Source: a bacterium (GTDB taxonomy: Bacteria; RBG-13-61-14; DATKZS01). Taken from it: DNA of 64,000 nucleotides. Under the pieces are notes generated by a model. That model made no database searches, was not told the DNA's origin, and saw only the letters and a list, made by a program, of their open reading frames with translations. How positions within the stretch are numbered: the first letter of the stretch is position 1; each line of letters begins with the position of its first letter. The stretch lies in assembly GCA_963674965.2 (NCBI GenBank), contig CAXXFL010000002.1, positions 544,001-608,000 on the forward strand, in the 5' to 3' direction. Below, one piece after another: positions 60,486 through 64,000 of the stretch. Both the position numbers and the translations under genes were made by a program.

Positions 60486-61681
60486 CTCTGGAGAGGGCGT
60501 GGGAGCTTATCGACCTTAACGTCAAGCCCCTCGATATCGAGCCCGTCGAGATCATGTTCAGCGAGGGCAGGGTGCTGGCCGAGCGGGTCATGTCCTGGGT
60601 GGACCTTCCCGGCGCCGACTCCTCCAAGCTCGACGGGTACGCGCTCAGGTCGGGCGACGTTCCACCCGGCGGCGCGGACCTCGAGGTGGTGGGAGCGGCC
60701 ATGGCGGCCGAGCCCTATGAAGGGGACGTGCCCTTTGGCTCGTGCGTCAAGATCGCCACCGGGGCGATAGTGCCCAAGGACCTCGACGCGGTCGTGGCGG
60801 AAGAGGACGTGGATGAGAAAGAGGGCAAGGTCAGGGTCTCGGGTCCGGTTTCAGGGGGACAAGGCGTAAGGCCCAGGTCCGAGGAGATGCACGTGGGCAT
60901 GGGCGTGGCCAACCCGGGCGAGGTTATGACTCCGGGCCGCATAAGTTTGCTCATAGCGGCGGGATGGGTCGAGGCCCGCTACGTGAAGCAGCCCCGGGCA
61001 AGGGTCATCGCCACGGGCGACGAGCTTAAGTCCCCCGGCTCGGCCCTCGAGCCGGGGGACGTCTACCCCAGCGCCGCGGCGGGAGTGGTCGCCTGGTGCC
61101 GGGCCATGGGCATGAGCGACGTGAGGCTGAGCCTGGTGGCGGACCATCCCTACGACGTGCAGGACGCCTTTCCCGACGAGTACGGGGCCGACCTCGTCGT
61201 CACCATCGGCGGGACCGGGAGAGGGGAAAGGGACGTGGTCATGAAGGCCCTGGACGCGCTGGGAGTGGAGATACTCTTTAGGGGAATTAAAATAAGGCCC
61301 GGGCATCAGGCGACGTTCGGAACGCTCGCGGGCGTGCCCGTGCTTTGTCTTCCCGGCGGTCCCTCCGCCTGCGACGTAACTTTCCAGGTCCTGGCCCGGC
61401 GGGTTGTAAGCGCCCTCAAGGGCATTCCCGAAAGGGGACTTCCCTACCGCCTGTCCACCCTGTCCGAGGACGTCAAGTCCCGGGATGAGGAGGACCATCT
61501 GGTCCGGGTCAAGCTCGAGTGCCTGGAGATGGAGAACGTGGCCACGCCCTATTTTTCTCCCAAGGCCCATCTCGAGATCGCCGGCTCTCATGGAATCGTA
61601 AGGGCCCCGGCGGGGCAGGACCTGAAAGCCGGGCAAAAAGTCAAGGTCTGGCTTAGCGGGGAGGGGCTGCGGGGAGGCTGA
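60470..61681 (+). CDS. moeA: Molybdopterin molybdotransferase MoeA (divergent)
   Basis: GRVLAE, DGYAL, IATGAIVP, ATGDEL and LPGGP; ATG at 60470. Confidence 0.8.
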   Translation: MEERVTLERAWELIDLNVKPLDIEPVEIMFSEGRVLAERVMSWVDLPGADSSKLDGYALRSGDVPPGGADLEVVGAAMAAEPYEGDVPFGSCVKIATGAIVPKDLDAVVAEEDVDEKEGKVRVSGPVSGGQGVRPRSEEMHVGMGVANPGEVMTPGRISLLIAAGWVEARYVKQPRARVIATGDELKSPGSALEPGDVYPSAAAGVVAWCRAMGMSDVRLSLVADHPYDVQDAFPDEYGADLVVTIGGTGRGERDVVMKALDALGVEILFRGIKIRPGHQATFGTLAGVPVLCLPGGPSACDVTFQVLARRVVSALKGIPERGLPYRLSTLSEDVKSRDEEDHLVRVKLECLEMENVATPYFSPKAHLEIAGSHGIVRAPAGQDLKAGQKVKVWLSGEGLRGG

Positions 61682-61760
61682 AGGCAAGAAGGGAGGTCGT
61701 CTCGGCGGGAAAGGCTCTAAAGCATTTCTTTCTCGGCCGGGTCAAGAAAGACGACTCGAG

Positions 61761-61991
61761 TCATTTGATCCGTTTCATGGCCAACTCGAAAACCCGATCG
61801 GCCGGCTTGGCTCCTGTTCTTCCCGACCGATATTCCCGGTATCTTCTTTCCGCTTCCTCTAACCACGGTCCTTCAACGTCATCGTCCTCGCCCCGGTCCA
61901 GCGTGGCCAAAAGCCTCTCAACCAGTAAAGCTCTTTCACGCAAGGGCAAAGCCGGCGCTTCTTTTTCGATTTCGCCAAGACTTTTATGCAT
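61761..61991 (-). CDS. Putative addiction-module antitoxin (TIGR02574-like)
   Basis: ALPLRERALLVERLLATLD..WLEEAERRYREYRSG pattern; GGAG SD. Confidence 0.8.
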   Translation of the reverse strand: MHKSLGEIEKEAPALPLRERALLVERLLATLDRGEDDDVEGPWLEEAERRYREYRSGRTGAKPADRVFELAMKRIK

Positions 61992-62133
61992 TTGAATATC
62001 TCCATCAGTTAATTCGGTAACCGCGCCATCGGGCGATGAGGTTACGCGGCGGTTTTTTGAAAGAGGCCGCGATAGAAAACCATCCCGCGCCTCGCGGCGC
62101 CCGGATAGCGGAAGCTATCCGGGATACCCCGCG

Positions 62134-64000
62134 TTATTCTTCTTTTTTTGTATCGTCCTTTTTAGGATCGTTCTTTTCCGGTCCCTCCCAGGTCCCCTTG
62201 GATAACCTCCCCCAGACTTTTCCAATTACCTTGCCCGAGGACCCGGTAATGGTTTCCATGACCACGAAGAGTGCGGGCACGGCGTAGAAGGTGAAGATGG
62301 TTGAAACGGCGACCCCGCCCATGGTGGCGGCGGCGATGGGTACCAGGTATTCCGTTCCGGAGCCTCCGAAGATTTGCGGCGCGATGCCGGCGATGATGGC
62401 CAGGTTGGTCATGAGTATGGCCCGAAACCTCACGTCGGCGGCCTCCTTTACGCAGTGGGCCAGGGTCGCGTCGCATTCCCGCGTCCGCTGGATGGCGTAA
62501 TCGATGATGAGGATTCCGTTGTTGACCACTATTCCCACGAGCATGACCACGGCCATGAGGGACATGACGTTGATGGTGAGGCCGGTGAAGAAGAGGGTCA
62601 GCACCACCCCGACCACGCCGTAGAGCACGGTCACGCCGATGGTGATGGGATGGACGAAGGAGTTGAGGATGGCGGCCAGGAGCATGTAGGTCAGGATGAC
62701 GGCCAGGATGAATGCCACCATGATGTTCTGGAAGGTCTCCTGCATTTCCTCGGCGTTGCCCGCGAACTTATAGGAGTAGCCGGGCGGGAAGTCGACTTTT
62801 TTGAAATTCTCCGCCAGGAGCGCCTGGTTCTCGTTAAGGGTCAGGTTGGATATGTAGGAATAGAGTAATATGACCCTTTCCTTGTCCACCCTCTTGATGG
62901 AGGAGTAGCCCTTGGTCACCTTGAACTCCCCGAGCTGCGAAAGGGGGATGGCGCCCGAGGGCGACATGACCTTATAGGAAGCCAGGTCGGTTTCCGAGTC
63001 TCTCGCGCTTTCCTCCAGGCGGGCCACGATCTCGTATTCCTCCCCTCCCACGCGGAGCACGGCGCCCTTCTGGCCCTCGATCATGTAGCGCATGTTTATG
63101 CCGAGGTAGGCGTTGGGCAAGCCGTAATTGGCTTTCCTGTACTGGTTGGGGATGAAGTGTATCTCGTCCTTTGGAATCCGGTAGGAGTTGACCACGGCCC
63201 TGAAGTTTCCCGTCTCGAGCATGATCTCTCGCAGTTGGCTGGATATCTCGGCCAGCTTGTCGTAGTCGGGCCCTCTAACCTCGATGTCCAGGTCCGAGGT
63301 ACCGGGGCCACCCTGCTCCGAGCCGGTGGTATAAATCTCCGCGCCCGGTATTTTGGCCAGGTCCTCCTGCAGGGAGTACATGATCTCCTCGAAATCTCGG
63401 TCCCTCTTTTCCATGTCCACCAGGCGGACCTTGACGGCGATCTCGTCGAAGCCCACGTTTTCGCCGCCCGCCTGGGCCGTGTAGTCCAGGAGCTCGGCCT
63501 CGGGTACCTCCTCCCTTATCACCGTCTCGATCTTCCTGACCAGCTCGAGGGCCGAGGAGTAGCTCGTTCCCTTCGGCATTTGGGCCTTCACGTTGAACAC
63601 GCCCTCGTCGCTGACGGGAAAGAACTCGCCGCCCACGAACCGGATGAGGGAGAGGAATAAAAAGGATATCACTATGGTGGCGAGCACGGTCAGCCACGGA
63701 TGCTTAAGCGCCGGTTCGACGCTCGCGACGTATATTTCCTTGATCCAGTCCACGCCTTTTTGGAAAACCTCGAGGGGCGCGTGGAGAAGCCTGGTGACAA
63801 GGAGCCTTGGTTTTTCCCCTTCCTCCTTTTTACGCAGGAAGATCGAGCTGAGCATGGGGGTGAGGGAGAAAGAGGCCACGAGTGAGAAGATGGTGGCGAA
63901 AACCACGGTCAGTCCGAACTGGTAGAAGAACTGGCCCACGATGCCGCCCATGAAGGCGATGGGCGTGAACACGACAATGTTGGTGCCGGCGGCCGCCAGG
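62134..64000 (-). CDS. RND efflux transporter permease (AcrB family), 5' part outside window
   Basis: SLVASFSLTPML, EFFPVSDEG, GIVVNNGILIID and RFRAILMT. Confidence 0.92.
   Translation of the reverse strand, partial: LAAAGTNIVVFTPIAFMGGIVGQFFYQFGLTVVFATIFSLVASFSLTPMLSSIFLRKKEEGEKPRLLVTRLLHAPLEVFQKGVDWIKEIYVASVEPALKHPWLTVLATIVISFLFLSLIRFVGGEFFPVSDEGVFNVKAQMPKGTSYSSALELVRKIETVIREEVPEAELLDYTAQAGGENVGFDEIAVKVRLVDMEKRDRDFEEIMYSLQEDLAKIPGAEIYTTGSEQGGPGTSDLDIEVRGPDYDKLAEISSQLREIMLETGNFRAVVNSYRIPKDEIHFIPNQYRKANYGLPNAYLGINMRYMIEGQKGAVLRVGGEEYEIVARLEESARDSETDLASYKVMSPSGAIPLSQLGEFKVTKGYSSIKRVDKERVILLYSYISNLTLNENQALLAENFKKVDFPPGYSYKFAGNAEEMQETFQNIMVAFILAVILTYMLLAAILNSFVHPITIGVTVLYGVVGVVLTLFFTGLTINVMSLMAVVMLVGIVVNNGILIIDYAIQRTRECDATLAHCVKEAADVRFRAILMTNLAIIAGIAPQIFGGSGTEYLVPIAAATMGGVAVSTIFTFYAVPALFVVMETITGSSGKVIGKVWGRLSKGTWEGPEKNDPKKDDTKKEE

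Overview
GC-rich (visibly about 60%) bacterial chromosomal segment. Gene content and order suggest an anaerobic, LPS-producing deltaproteobacterium-like organism (inference). Housekeeping blocks: xerC-hslV-hslU-[REC/GAF/GAF]-argB-argD-argF-[J-domain/TPR]-dnaK-like; lptC-lptA-lptB-rpoN-hpf-ptsN-hprK-EIIA-ptsH-ptsI-metK-ahcY-tkt on the minus strand; kdsC; an LPS core cluster; activase-DUF362-moeA; and a partial RND transporter. Mobile DNA: an IS701-like element with perfect 21-bp inverted repeats, two inverted copies of a 186-bp MITE enclosing a REP-like doublet, and a degenerate REP-like cluster. Most notable observations: (1) a 1169-aa surface/membrane protein carries an internal type IV pilin-like domain without the pilin membrane anchor, and is followed by a catalytically degenerate CPBP/Abi protease and an exported protein; (2) a ~440-nt highly structured non-coding region lies behind a TTGACA promoter; (3) an AT-rich lipoprotein gene encodes four DnaJ-type CxxCxGxG motifs plus SH3; (4) an orphan FGE/CLec C-terminal fragment lies near a full-length FGE-domain gene; (5) a tandem LPS-kinase-like protein appears to be a pseudokinase. 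No CRISPR, tRNA, rRNA or reverse transcriptase was recognised. All calls come from motif reading by eye, with no database searches.
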